DNA of 64,000 nt, from assembly GCF_018350175.1 (NCBI RefSeq), contig NC_058368.1:233432001-233496000 (forward strand). Reading direction: 5' to 3'. A program made the translations under genes and the position numbers. Under the pieces are notes generated by a model. The model searched no databases. It was not told the DNA's origin and worked only from the letters and a program-made list of their open reading frames with translations. This document shows positions 12,211 to 24,122 of this stretch, in pieces (the stretch's first letter is position 1; every line of letters starts with the position of its first letter). Source of the DNA: Felis catus. Lineage: Eukaryota.

Positions 12211-12666
12211 GGGGCGCCTGTGTGGCCCAGTCGGCTGAGGGCCAGACTTCAGCTCAGGTCATCATCTCGCGGTTCTTGAGTTCGAGCCCCGCATCGGGCT
12301 CTGTGCTGACAGCGCGGAGCCTGGAGCCTGCTTCGGGGTCTGCATCTCCCTCTCTCTCTGCCCCTCTCCAGCTTGTGCTCTCTCTCTCTCTCTCAAAAGC
12401 AAACATTTTTTTTTTAGTGTTTATTTTTCAGACAGAGAGAGAGAAAGAGACAGAGCACGAGCGGGGGAGGGGCAGAGAGAGAGAGGGAGACACAGAATCG
12501 GAAACAGGCTCCAGGCTCTGCCCTGTCAGCACAGAGCCCGACGTGGGGCTGGAACCCACGAGCTGCAAGATCATGACCTGAGCGAAGTCAGAGGCTTAGC
12601 CGACTGAGCCACCCAGGTGCCCCCAAAATAAATCAACATTAAATTTTTTTTTTTTTAAAAAGAGAA
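12211..12666 (+). mobile_element. Can-SINE (outer), tail interrupted by a second SINE
   Basis: Head at 12211; tail resumes at ~12625; TSD agaaaagc[a/g]tgtc at ~12195 and ~12667. Confidence 0.92.
12406..12624 (-). mobile_element. Can-SINE (inner), inserted antisense into the tail of the outer SINE
   Basis: Poly-T, GA tract, ends ...gccacccaggtgcccc. Confidence 0.93.
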
Positions 12667-14285
12667 AGAAAAGCGTGTCCACAATTATGTTTGATCAACT
12701 TGATGATTCATCAAAGGAAGCACCAGTTCCTTAGGAAAGGAAAACAATCTTTTTACAACTCTCCTTTGCACCTGGTACTTTCATGCCCGCGTGTCGTCTC
12801 TTGTCTGCCACTGACGTCCTGGCTGCTGCTGCTTCTAGAGAAGTCTCATCGGATGCCCTGCAAGATCTCAAGACCCATCCTTACGCCTGCTCACTGAGGA
12901 AACAGGCTTGTCTTCCCCAGTACAATCCAACCAGATTCAACTCCCTTCCATACTGATGCAGCTATACGTTTACCGAGGTTCCCCGAAGATGCCAGGGGCC
13001 ATGGCCTTCACATTCTTGCACAAGCAGACGAACACGCAAGCTTCCCGTGATCACGTGAAAAATTAAGTCACAATTCTGCTACCGACACATTACGGGTAGA
13101 TAAAAGCATTTATACGAATCGTACACCTCTCTGAGACATCCTTTAAATGGCTCAAAAGTTCAGAGCCTCTTACAACTTCATTTATTCCAAGGACAGAAGC
13201 GTTAAGGGGTACCAAAGGAGCTGAACCGCAATGAAGAATTAAAGGTGCGATTCAAATGAGACATCGGAGGAGAGGTCAGGTGGTGTGTGTGTCAGACTGC
13301 AATGGAACCTCCCGCCAATGAGGTTGGCTAGAGACACTGGGGAGACAGGACCGGCACAGAGAACGCAGCGGCAAGATGCTGAATGTCGATTAGCTGCGCG
13401 GAAGCCTCAGACGCAAACCAGCCACACGCTGAAATCCCAGCGACCATGTGACGGTGAGTCCGTGGGGAAGGAAAGGGAGCAAGTAACCAGTGAACTATAT
13501 AAATCCCCTGATGCCATCGCCATGGGAAGGCCCCACTCAGCTCACGTTCTCCAACACCTACTCTATCGCGAGACGATCACACATTAAGGAAGAGCGACAA
13601 AAGTCAGACGTCAAACCAACACCTGCGCCTGACAATGATGAGGCACCGGACACTGAGTTATCTTCTAGAAGGATCCGCAGTGCTTTCGAATACCTGGCCC
13701 GATGGTGTGACGTCGGTGCACGTTTCACGAGGAACGTTAGGTCTCCGCTAGAAGGGGTAGCACAGCAAATACACCCAGTCCCATGCTAGGCTGCGACGAT
13801 GCAAAGACAAGTAAGGTGTCACACCTGTTTTGAGCTGCTCACAGGGTAGCAGAGGTAAGCACCATACATCCTAACCTCCCCTACCTAGAGCGTCCTGCTT
13901 TCAGACATCACTCAGTCCCCGGTTGGAAGCCACCGGTCTCTCATCTCCCCAACACGCGATCTCAGAGCCTCCCGCTCAGCCGGGCGGCGTGGAGGGAGGG
14001 GAACGTGCAACAGCCAACACCTCTCAGCAGTCTTGTGACTGACGGACAGCACAGTAACTCATCTGCTGAATTTGTTTGCTATCTTTCTCATCCATTTTTA
14101 TAGGAGAGCTCTGAGGAGTTTTCTTAGATTCTGTGCTGCCTCATTCCTTTCTGCCGTCAAGGTAACGTCAGCTTCACGAGGCTGAGTTCAGACACATAAC
14201 ATCTCTTTCTTGGGTCTGAAACTTCAGATAACAAATAAATGATCTTTTATGGAAGGGTTGGTAAATATCGGCGATAAAACCATCT

Positions 14286-14365
14286 GATGATAGTGACGGT
14301 GACGATGGTGATGATGGTAATGGTGATGATGGTGGTGGTGGTGATGATACAGGACGGCGATGATA
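14286..14365. repeat. Imperfect (GAT/GGT)n trinucleotide repeat
   Basis: Direct observation. Confidence 0.85.
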
Positions 14366-14369
14366 TGAG

Positions 14370-14560
14370 GACAGATTATTTACTCTGTACCAAGTGCTGT
14401 TCTAAAGCCTTTATATGTAGAGTTCACTTAACCCTCACAACGATCATGAGTATGAGTTACTATTATTACCTCATTTTACCAAGGAGAAATTGAGGCCCAG
14501 AGAGGTTAAAGAGCTTGCCTAAAGTTACACGTCTATTAAGCGGTGTGGTTAAGAGTAATG
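14370..14560 (-). mobile_element. MIR
   Basis: cattttaccaaggagaaattgaggcccagagaggttaaagagcttgcctaaagttacac is the reverse-complement MIR core. Confidence 0.85.
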
Positions 14561-16260
14561 TCCATTCAATTGTGTTCCTGACCCAGGTTCGATTTTAGGA
14601 GTAGACATGTCACATTTCTGCCTTGTTTCCTGGTTCTATGTCTTGAGTCAATTTTGATAATTTTCCTGGAAAATTACCCATTCCATTTAAATTTTCAAAG
14701 GTAAAATATTCTACATAATATTCTTCTAATTTTACAAGTCTCCATATTTGAAGCATTTTTTCTTGTCCTTAATGTTATTTTTTTCCCCTCTCTAGATCAG
14801 AGTTTTGAAGTGTTGCATGTCTGTTGATCTCAGTGAATGAGCTTTTGGCTTATTATTAAGGTCTATGCTTTCTGACAGTTTTCTACATAGTTTCTGATTT
14901 AAGTTTTAAAAATTGCTTCCTCCTTCTTCATGCAAACTTACATTGTCTCTTTCTTGATTGTCACTTATTGCCATTTTTTGTATTTTATAATAAATGCACT
15001 GAAGTACATAAATATTCCTATAAATACTGCTTTAGCCAAATCCTATGGCTTTTGATTTATAGTTACTCATCTTCTTTCTTCTCTAAAAAGCCTGTACTTT
15101 CAATTTCCAATTCCTTTTAAAACAAGAATAATTCCAAAGTGTGATTTACAAATTCCACAAGGAGGTTGGTTATTTTTAGTCTGTCCCTGTTATTTCTAAT
15201 TTCATTAGATTTGATCGGAGATAGTGGTCTCTTTTATTTCCACTTTGACAATTTATTTTTCTCCTAGGGTGTGATGAATATGATCTACTCCTATTATATC
15301 TTATGGATTTCTGAAAATGACACATATTTCCTTTATGCTGGAAACAAAACATGTTCCCTAAATACATCTATTGTCAGAGCCGGATGAGTTAGTCAAATCC
15401 CCAGTGGGTTGACTTAATGGCTCAATTTGGTCTGTCAATTTTAGAATGTATTAATATTTCTGGCTAGGATTGTGGGTTTGTCAATATATCTGAACATTTT
15501 AATCGCATCTCTTTATTTATTTCGAAGAGATGTTGGAGTGCATGAAGATTTATGATTATTAAGTCTTCTTGGTGACTATACCATTGTAAAAGTCTTTCTT
15601 TTTCTCAGGCTGAATGCCTTCCACTTGATTCCATATCATCAGAAATTTTTATTCCTGCAGCTTTCTTTTTCCTCTAAGCTGTTTCTCAGAATAGCTGTTT
15701 TCCATCCTTTATTTCCAAACTGTCTTGTCTTTTAATTTTAGTGAGATCTCCTGTACCTGGTACACAGGTGACCTTTTGTTTTAGCCTCAATCTTTGAGCC
15801 TCTTTCCATGAATAGGACATTTTTATCCACTCAGTTATTAAAACTGGTTAAGATTTGACCGCTTGTCCCACCTTAGTTTCTCGAAATGTTCAGCGGAATT
15901 CACAAAAAAGTCAACAGAGTATCAATCTTCTTCTGATCTAAGATTTAAAATATTAATACATTTAATAGATATACACCTATTAAAACTTTCTATCCAATTA
16001 TGTGTCAGTGTTGGTAGGGTAGCTTTTCAAGCAATTTTCCCATTTTATTAAGTTGTGAACCTTTCTGGCCTTGAGTAATTTATAATATTCTGTATCTATT
16101 ATATAATATTATAATATTATATCTATTATATAATATTCCATATCTGTTAATGTCTGTAGGATCTGTGGTGAATCCCCTTTTATTACTTATGTCATTAATT
16201 TGTGCGTTCTGTGATGGTCTCTCTTTCTTGATCAGTCTTGCTAGTGGCTTAGGAATTTTT

Positions 16261-16480
16261 TTTTTTTAATTTTTTTTTCAACGTTTATTTATTTTTGGGA
16301 CAGAGAGAGGCAGAGCATGAACGGGGGAGGGGCAGAGAGAGAGGGAGACACAGAATCGGAAACAGGCTCCAGGCTCCGAGCCATCAGCTCAGAGCCCGAC
16401 GCGGGGCTCGAACTCACAGACCGCGAGATCGTGACCTGGCTGAAGTCGGACACTTAACCGACTGCGCCACCCAGGCGCCC
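16261..16480 (-). mobile_element. Young SINEC_Fc-type SINE
   Basis: CpG-rich body with diagnostic gtcacgatctcgcgg and gtcccaaaaataaataaacgttg; TSD aggaattttt. Confidence 0.96.
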
Positions 16481-16854
16481 CAGGAATTTTTAAACTTTTT
16501 CAAAGAACCAACTTTTGGCTTTATTAATTTTCTGTATTGGTTATTTTCTATTATGGATTTCTTCTTCCTTCTTGAACATCTTTTCCCTTCTACTTGATGT
16601 GCTCATCTCTTTATGGCTTCCTAAGTCAGAAACTTAGACAACAAATTTTAGCCCTTTCTTCTTTTCTAATGTAAGTATTTGAAAACTACAGATTCCTCTC
16701 TAAATTATTGCTTTAAACTACATCCCCATATCTTGGCATGTTTTTTTTTTGATATTCAAAACATTTTCTAATTTCTCCTGTGATTTTTTTCATTTGACTC
16801 ATAGGTTCTTCAAAAGCATAAAATCTAATGCTGAAATATTTGTGGATATTTTAG

Positions 16855-17086
16855 TTTTTATTTTTATTTATTTACTTTTTAAATGTTTATTTATTTTTGA
16901 GAGAGAGTGAGAGAGACAGAGCATGAGCAGGGGAGGGGCAGAGAGAGAGGGAGACACAGAATCCAAAGCAGGCTCCAGGCTCTGAGCCTCCGCACAGAGC
17001 CCGACACGGGGCTTGAACCCACGAACCGTGAGATCATGACCCGAGCTAAAGTCTGGCAGTTAATCAACTGAGCCACCGAGGCACCC
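16855..17086 (-). mobile_element. Can-SINE
   Basis: Full body; TSD tt[t/c]gtggatatttt. Confidence 0.94.
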
Positions 17087-17273
17087 AGATTCGTGGATAT
17101 TTTCGATATACACTTTCTATTTCTAACCTGGTTTTAGTGTGGTTGGACATCATACTGAAAGATTTTTTATCTTTTCAAATGTATTTCAATCTTTACAAAT
17201 TTGTCGAGATGCTTCTATGGCCTAGTATGTGTTCTGGCCGTGGTCCATGTGCAGCTTAAAATCACATGTATCG

Positions 17274-17410
17274 GGGGCATCTGGGTGGCTCAGTCGCTTA
17301 AGCATTGGACTTCAGCTCAGGTTGTGATCTCATAGTTCATGGGTTCAAGCCCCACATCGAGCTCTGCAGTGACAGTATGGAGCCTGCTTGAGATTCCCTC
17401 TCTCTCCCCG
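17274..17410 (+). mobile_element. Can-SINE, 3'-truncated
   Basis: Head and body present; ends in the CT tract without an A tail. Confidence 0.88.
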
Positions 17411-18029
17411 CTGTATTGAATAACCAGTTAGTTGTCTTTTAGAAAAATTCACCGAATATCGGCATATAGTCTTTGATACTCTCTCACATGTTTAAGCACG
17501 TCGAATGCCGTGCGTCTCATCCTGCAGATTCAAGTTTGCTCCTGGCATCATTTCAGGTCAGCCCAAAGAACTTTTGTTAGCATTTCTTACACTGTAGGTT
17601 TGCTGCTGAACTCCTTTAGCTTTCTTTCACTTGCAAAATGTCTTTATTTCATCTCATTTTTTAAAGAAAGAATAGCTTCACTGAATACTGGATTCAGCAC
17701 TGGCCATATTTATACCAGTGGTTCTAATCAGGAGTCGGTCATCATTCCCCTCACCCATCTCTAGCTGCAATGTCTTTTTCCTCTGGCTGTATTGAAGGTA
17801 GTCCCCCCCCCCCACCTTTTTTCTTTGGCTTTAGCAGTTTGACCTTAGTGTATCACCTGTGGCTTGCTTTCTATGTATTCTGGTTGCCGTTGGCCAAAGC
17901 TCTTGCCTTTGGACGTTAACGTATTTCAATCAACTTGGGGCAATTTGTCACTAAGTATACTGGCAATTTCCTATTGGTCTTCTAATGCCTTTCCGTTCCA
18001 TCTCCTCAAAATTCCATTCCCCAGATTCT

Positions 18030-18440
18030 CTGCCAACTGTTTCTAACTAGGTTTGGCCAACGGGAAGTACTGACGGAGCCTGGAGGCTGCTGGGGGAAGC
18101 AAGAAGCCTGGGGTTTTCCCTTTCTTACTCTCTATTTAGCAACCATTTTCTCAACAGCCCGCAACTCCTGCCTCCCAGGAGGTCTCGGGTCCCTGGCAGA
18201 CAGCCCATCCCGCCCTGGTCCCACGAAGGCCTGGTGTGGTTCTAGCCCCTCAGGAAGGTCCGGGAGCCTGCGTTTCTGGCAAGCCACCTCCTCCTGTGTC
18301 CTTCCAAACCCAATGATGGCAGCTTCCTCGTCGCTGTTATACCCTCTCCTGTTTGGTTTCTCAGCCCTTCTCTCATTCTGTAAGGGTTTCACTTTATTAA
18401 ATTACCTCGTGGAAACACCTTAGGCAATTTCTGTTCTTCA
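18030..18440. mobile_element. Old ERVL-class LTR fragment (LTR16/LTR33-like)
   Basis: aggtttggccaacgggaagtactg...ttattaaattacctc phrases resemble these LTRs; family is a guess. Confidence 0.5.
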
Positions 18441-19159
18441 GTGGACTCAAAGCCATTAACTAACCTTTTTTCTGGGTACTACCTCATTAGTGGTTAAATG
18501 GAAACACAGGAAGGACTGGAGTCAGTTACTTTTCCAAATTTCTTCCTTTTTCCTTTGGGGGGAAAAAACTCCCCATTGTTCAGTTTTTACTAGAAGTATG
18601 GAGAAATATTTACATTTTTCCATTGGTTATGGCGTATCTGAATTTCCTCAGGAATGGATAAGTTATTATGGATTGTACTGGCCTCTAGTCAACACATATC
18701 TCAACAGAGCCAGTGACTGTTATGGGTTAACCTACTTGTGAATCAGAGTTGAAATAAAAGATTGCTACACTACCATGACTTTTCGAGGCTCTTGTTTTTT
18801 CGATGCATTTCAATTTTGGTTTTAGGAGTAATTATTTTACTATGAAGACAGGTGATAGAGAGTCTGGACATTCAAACAGACATAGTAACGTGAGCCTGAA
18901 GGAACCACAGGGGCATTGAAATGGACTCTCGCGTTTTATAGTCCCCTACCTGGTACAGTGAAGAACCTCAAAGAAGAGCTGGTGGCATTTTTTTTCTGGA
19001 TGCATCTGATGACCACTACTTTGCTCTTTCTCAAATGTCAGAATTCCCACAGACAGCGGGCTGCTGATAAAGGAAAAGAGTCGTGCTAACACTATCAATT
19101 CTCTGTTTTTGCATTGGTGAAATGAATGACAGATCATTAAAGCAGGAATGAGCATTCTT

Positions 19160-19995
19160 AAGAGTACATTATGACATGAACTACCAACCATGACTCAAGA
19201 AGAAAACAGAAATTCTGAATAGGCCCATCGAAGTAAAGAGATGGAATCAGTAATTAGAACAAAACCCAAACCAAAATTTACTTGCAAAGAAAAGTGCATG
19301 TCCAGATGGCTTCACTGGTGATTTCTACAAAACACGTATAGAAGGGTTTTTACTATTTTTTCCACAAACTCTTCCAGAAAGTTAAAAGGATGGAACATGT
19401 TCTGATTCTATCAGGTCAGTATCACCTTGGTACCAATATCAGAGAAAGCTATATCACAAGGAAACAAAACTCAGACTGGTATCTCTTAGCAGTATAGATA
19501 CAAGAACATTGGCAAAATATTGGCAAACTGAATCTAGTCACATATAAAAAAGGATTCTATAACACGACCAAGTGGGATTTACCTGAGTAATGCAAGGTCG
19601 GTGTAATATCTGAAAATCAATCAATATAATACACTACATTAATAAAGGAAAAGAAACCCACACGATCGTCTCAGTAGCTATAGAAAAACATTAGACAAAA
19701 TCTGAAACCCTTTTATTATAAAAACTCTCAACAAACTAACATTAAAAGGGGATTTCCTTTATCTTGATTAAGGCAACTGTGAAAAACCCACAGATAACAT
19801 CATACTTAATGGTGAATTACTGAATGTTTTCCTCCTAAGATCATGAACAGGAATATATCTGTGCTATGACTACTTCTATTGAAATTACCCTGAGGCTTCC
19901 AGTCAGGGAAGTTAGGCAAGAAAATGAAATAAAAGGCATCACATTGGAAAGGAAGAGGTTATCTGAATTTGTAGATGATATGGTCTGGTACAGAG
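19160..19995 (+). mobile_element. L1 ORF2 fragment (reverse transcriptase region), decayed
   Basis: ccagatggcttcactggtgatttctac, gaccaagtgggattta, aaaacccacagataacatcatacttaatggtgaa, aggcaagaaaatgaaataaaaggcatc. Confidence 0.92.
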
Positions 19996-20275
19996 AACAT
20001 GATGTCACAGCCCGAGATTCAGACTCAGAGTGGCTCAAACCTGTGGCTGTCCAGTGTTCAAGTTCATAGCACACTGGCATTTGTGTTCAGATGGAAGCAC
20101 CTGTCATCCCAGGGAACAAGAGATCCCATGAGACAAAGTAATGGCTGGCCAAAAGCTCTTAATTATAATCATTTATCCTGCCCACTCTTTCAAAACCATG
20201 TTCAAACTCATTAAACATACCAAGATGTTTGTGTCACATAATCAACTTTAACATTCTAGTTGCAAAGCTGTTTCT

Positions 20276-20870
20276 TTTTTTTTTTTACTTTGAATGACTG
20301 ATTTATTCTTTTTTTGATGATTTCTTTTTTAAAAAATTTTTATTTAATTTATTTTTTTTAATTTGCATCGAAGTTAGTTAGCACACAATGCAACTATGAT
20401 TTCAGGAGTTGATTCCTTAAGGCCTGTTACCCATTCAGCCTCTCCCCCCTCCCACAACCCCTCCAGGAACCCTCAGTTTGTCCTCCATATTTAAGAGCCT
20501 CTTATGTTTTGTCTCCCTCCCTGTTTTTAAAATTTTTTTTTCAACTTTTTTTAAATTTATTTTTGGGACAGAGAGAGACAGAGCATGAACGGGGGAGGGG
20601 CAGAGAGAGAGGGAGACACAGAATCGGAAGCAGGCTCCAGGCTCTGAGTCATCAGCCCAGAGCCCGACGCGGGGCTCGAACTCACGGACCGCGAGATCGT
20701 GACCTGGCTGAAGTCGGACGCTTAACCGACTGCGCCACCCAGGCGCCCCATCCCTCCCTGTTTTTACATTATTTTTGCTTCCCTTCCCTTGTGTTCATCT
20801 GTTTTGTATCTTAAAGTCCTCATATGAGTGAAGTCAGATGATATTTGTCTTTCTCTGACTAATTTCGCTT
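20276..20870 (-). mobile_element. 5'-truncated carnivore L1 3' end
   Basis: T-rich tail then L1 3'UTR antisense to catatgagtgaagtcagatgatatttgtctttctctgac; TSD agctgtttct at ~20267 and 20871. Confidence 0.88.
20530..20749 (-). mobile_element. Young SINEC_Fc-type SINE nested in L1
   Basis: 16-bp TSD tccctccctgttttta at 20514-20529 and 20751-20766. Confidence 0.96.
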
Positions 20871-21719
20871 AGCTGTTTCTCTTTAATGCACAAGCATACA
20901 TGATTTATATGCTCCCTGAAAAGCAAACTTGACTCTTCCCTGTCACAAGGCAAAAAGAACTATGCTTTTTTAGTGATAATTCTTGACTTTGGCACTTTAA
21001 TCAAGTGTATTGTGACCATATATGGAAAAGGCTGATTTGAGACAAGGTCCTTTTTCCTTTCTGTTTTTTTTTTCTAGTCAGTGTATTGCTCACAGGTGGT
21101 TGTGACACGGATGAGGAAACACATTTGCAGACAGGAAAAATCCAGCAGGAATATATATATGTCCCCCAATATCTAAAAGTTATATGAATTGTAAACTATT
21201 TCTATAAGTAAATAATGGTATCTTCACCTCGAATTCCATTCAATGGGATGACTTTCATGTCCCTCCTCCCTTGTTGCCCTCATTCCTCCCCGCAAAAACG
21301 ATGTGGATTCTCCCATCAGTGCCCTGTTTGCACCTGTTACGTGGGGTTCAGTGAGGAGAGTAAGAACTCAGGAAAGAAGGCTTTTCTTCTAACTATAAGT
21401 TAGCATGAAGTAATACACATCCCTTTATCTCTCTCTCTTTTAAGTGATAGGTGACAGAACTTCAAAATGAAGGGAATTTGGTAAAAAAAAAAAAAAAACG
21501 AAAAGGAGAAAAGACACTGAAATATTCATCACCATTACAGATCACAGTAGCCTTTCTCTGATGATAGGACTTGGCAGCAACTTTGAGATGTTCTGGCCAC
21601 TTCAAGTCCTATGATGTGGGAAACGGGAGGAGGCGTTGTTTTTGGCAGAGCAAAAACTTCTACATCACAGCGACAAGAAGGGGTGAAGATTTGAAGTTTA
21701 AGACATACTATTCCCCAGA

Positions 21720-22985
21720 AGGTCCGTCTTCTCTTTCTACACTCATTTCTTACGTGAGCCCATCCTAATCAAGGGATTTCAATATTACGTATGTGCTGGG
21801 TTTTCCGAATTATGACTTCAACCCTAGCTCCTCCGTGAACCCTCCAGGACTCGTACATTCCCTCCCTCCGTGAAGCTCCATCACTTGTCTAAGATGCACA
21901 CACATGTCTTTGATGCCCAGAACTGAGCCCTTGATTCACGTCTCTCCCTGACCTGCTCCTTCCCCAGGATGTTTCCTCCCTGTAAATGGCAACCCCATTT
22001 TCCCAATTGCTCAGGCCAAAAACCAAAACCAACACCAAAATGAAAATCTCACAGAACTCCGCTTTCTCTTATTCTCCACATCTCATCCAATGGCAAGACT
22101 TGTCTCCATCACTCTTCATGAGATGCTCCAGAATTTGACCACTTTTTACCACCTGCACTGCTACTCCAGTACCAACCATCATCTTAACTGGGCTTCCTAC
22201 TTCCAGCCCCCCTCCCCTGCAGCGCAGCAAAAACAATGCTTCTAAATGTAGCCAGATCACATCCTCGGCTGAGAACCTTCCAGGGCTTCCTGGCGCATTA
22301 TACCTAATGTTCTCCCAGTAGCCTGTGAGAGCCAACACCTGTCTTCACACTGCTCCTCTGACCCCATCCTCCACAGTGCTCACCTGGCTCACTCTCCTCC
22401 TTGAACACACCGTGGCTCCTATCATCTAGAACATTCTGCCAGATATCCACATAATTCCCATTTCAATTCACTCGGGCCTCTGCTTTAATGTTATTTAATC
22501 AATGATGCTTTCCCTGATCACCCTCATCTGAAATACCACCTTCCAGGATGCCTGGGTGGCTCAGTCAGTTAAGTGTCCAACTTCAACTCAGGCCATGATC
22601 TCACGGTTCGTGAGTTCGAGCCCCATGTCAGGCTCTGTGCCAACAGCTCAGGGCCTGGAGCCTGCTTCAGATTCTGTGTCTCTCTCTCTCTCTTTCTCTG
22701 TCCGGCCCCTGCTGGCACTCTCTCTCTCAAAAATAAAATAAAAACATAAAAAGAAATGGAAATATCACCTTCCACTGCTCCGTAGTGTTCTACTGTGTCT
22801 TATTTTTCTTAAAAGCATATCACCACTGAAGTATTGTATGTGTATTTGTTTATTACGTTATTGTCACATGTCCTAATAAAATGTAAGTTATATGAGAGAA
22901 GAGGCATTTCGGGGGCTCCTGATGCTTTCCTATCATCTCTCACTGTGCTTGGTATGCGACAGCTCAAAATCTCCTGCTGAATGAT
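21720..22985 (+). mobile_element. L2 relic (3' region), interrupted by a SINE
   Basis: gtaaatggcaaccccattttcccaattgctcaggccaaaaacc and other C/T-rich L2 3' phrases. Confidence 0.8.
22546..22758 (+). mobile_element. Can-SINE
   Basis: TSD gaaata[c/t]caccttcca at 22530-22545 and 22759-22774. Confidence 0.94.
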
Positions 22986-23239
22986 TCCACAAATGTTCGG
23001 CTGCGTGTGTGCTTCTGTTGTGAATTTCTATTTCTATAACAAATGCTCAGAATAGGTATGAAGTAAAGGTACATGGCCTGTTTTATTGAGTGAAAACACG
23101 CTCGGTTCCACTTTTATTGTTATCGCTCGTTTCTTACCATACCAGTGGCATTCAGCTAACTGCAACACAAATCTGTTTTCATTCCTGGAGAGAACAGAGG
23201 TTTTCATGAATTCCATTTTTTTCACGATGGTAACAATTT

Positions 23240-23660
23240 TTAGACAGGCCCTCTGTTGTATACACTGAAGGCTACAAATTCTAGCTTCCCTTGGAGCCAG
23301 GTTTGAGCACGTGATTAAGATCTGCCTTGGGTTATAAACCAAAGGGTCATGAGGTAGCTGCTGGGAAGTTTCCTCAAGAGAGGGCAGTAATGAGTGTTTT
23401 CTGCCCTCTGCTTCTGAGTCTGTTCCTCCATCAGGTTGCTCAGAATGTGTGTTGCCATCTTAGAGAATGAAGATGAGGAACAAAGTCTAATGAAAGTAGG
23501 GATGTGTGCTGGAGGGATCCAGGCCCCCCAAAGAACCCAAAGGACAGAGCACCATACTGCCTCTGGCCTTTTATTAATGGGGAAGAAATTAAACTGCTAA
23601 CTCACATTCAAGCTACTCACTGTGGGTATTTTCTTACTTTCAGATGACCTGAACCCGCAG
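23240..23660 (+). mobile_element. Old ERVL LTR (LTR16-like)
   Basis: ctagcttcccttggagccagg...cacgtgattaagatctg...cattcaagctactcactgtggg phrases; family tentative. Confidence 0.5.
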
Positions 23661-23724
23661 CTGGGTATCGTTCATCTCCGTAAAAGCCGTAGGGTTCATT
23701 TATCTTGGACCATGAGAATTATCT

Positions 23725-23868
23725 CCCTCCCCTTCCCCTCTTTCCTCTTCCTTCCTCCCTCCCTTCCTTCCTTTCTTTCTTCCTTACTTCCATTTTTTCT
23801 TCCTTCCTTCCTTCCCTCCTTCTTCCTTCTCTGTGCATCCCCCCCTTCTCCTCCTTCCTTTCATTCCT
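23725..23868. repeat. Polypyrimidine (CCTT/TTCC)n low-complexity tract
   Basis: Direct observation. Confidence 0.9.
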
Positions 23869-23947
23869 CTAAGATTCATACCCACTCATGGGGAGGAGTT
23901 TGGTGTCATAGTATCCAATATTTGAGCCCACCAAAGAAAAAGTTCAC

Positions 23948-24122
23948 TTTTTTTTGAGAGAGTATGTGAGCAGGGGGGGAGAGAGGGAGAGAGAGAGGAT
24001 CCCAAGCAGGCACCACACTCAGTGTGAAGTGTGACAAAGGGCTCAATCTCGTGATCTTGGGATCAGGACCTGAGCCAAAATCAAGAGCTGGATGCTCAAC
24101 CAACTGAGCCACCCAGGCGCCT
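23948..24122 (-). mobile_element. Older Can-SINE
   Basis: gaggatcccaagcagg...aatcaagagctggatgctcaaccaactgagccacccaggcgcc. Confidence 0.9.

Larger units (their letters stand above)
14610..17960 (-). mobile_element. Old decayed L1 fragments (L1M-type), interrupted by SINEs
   Basis: T-rich strand with L1 antisense phrases (ttttcaaagaaccaacttttgg, gatcagtcttgctag, ctgaactcctttagctttc). Confidence 0.75.
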
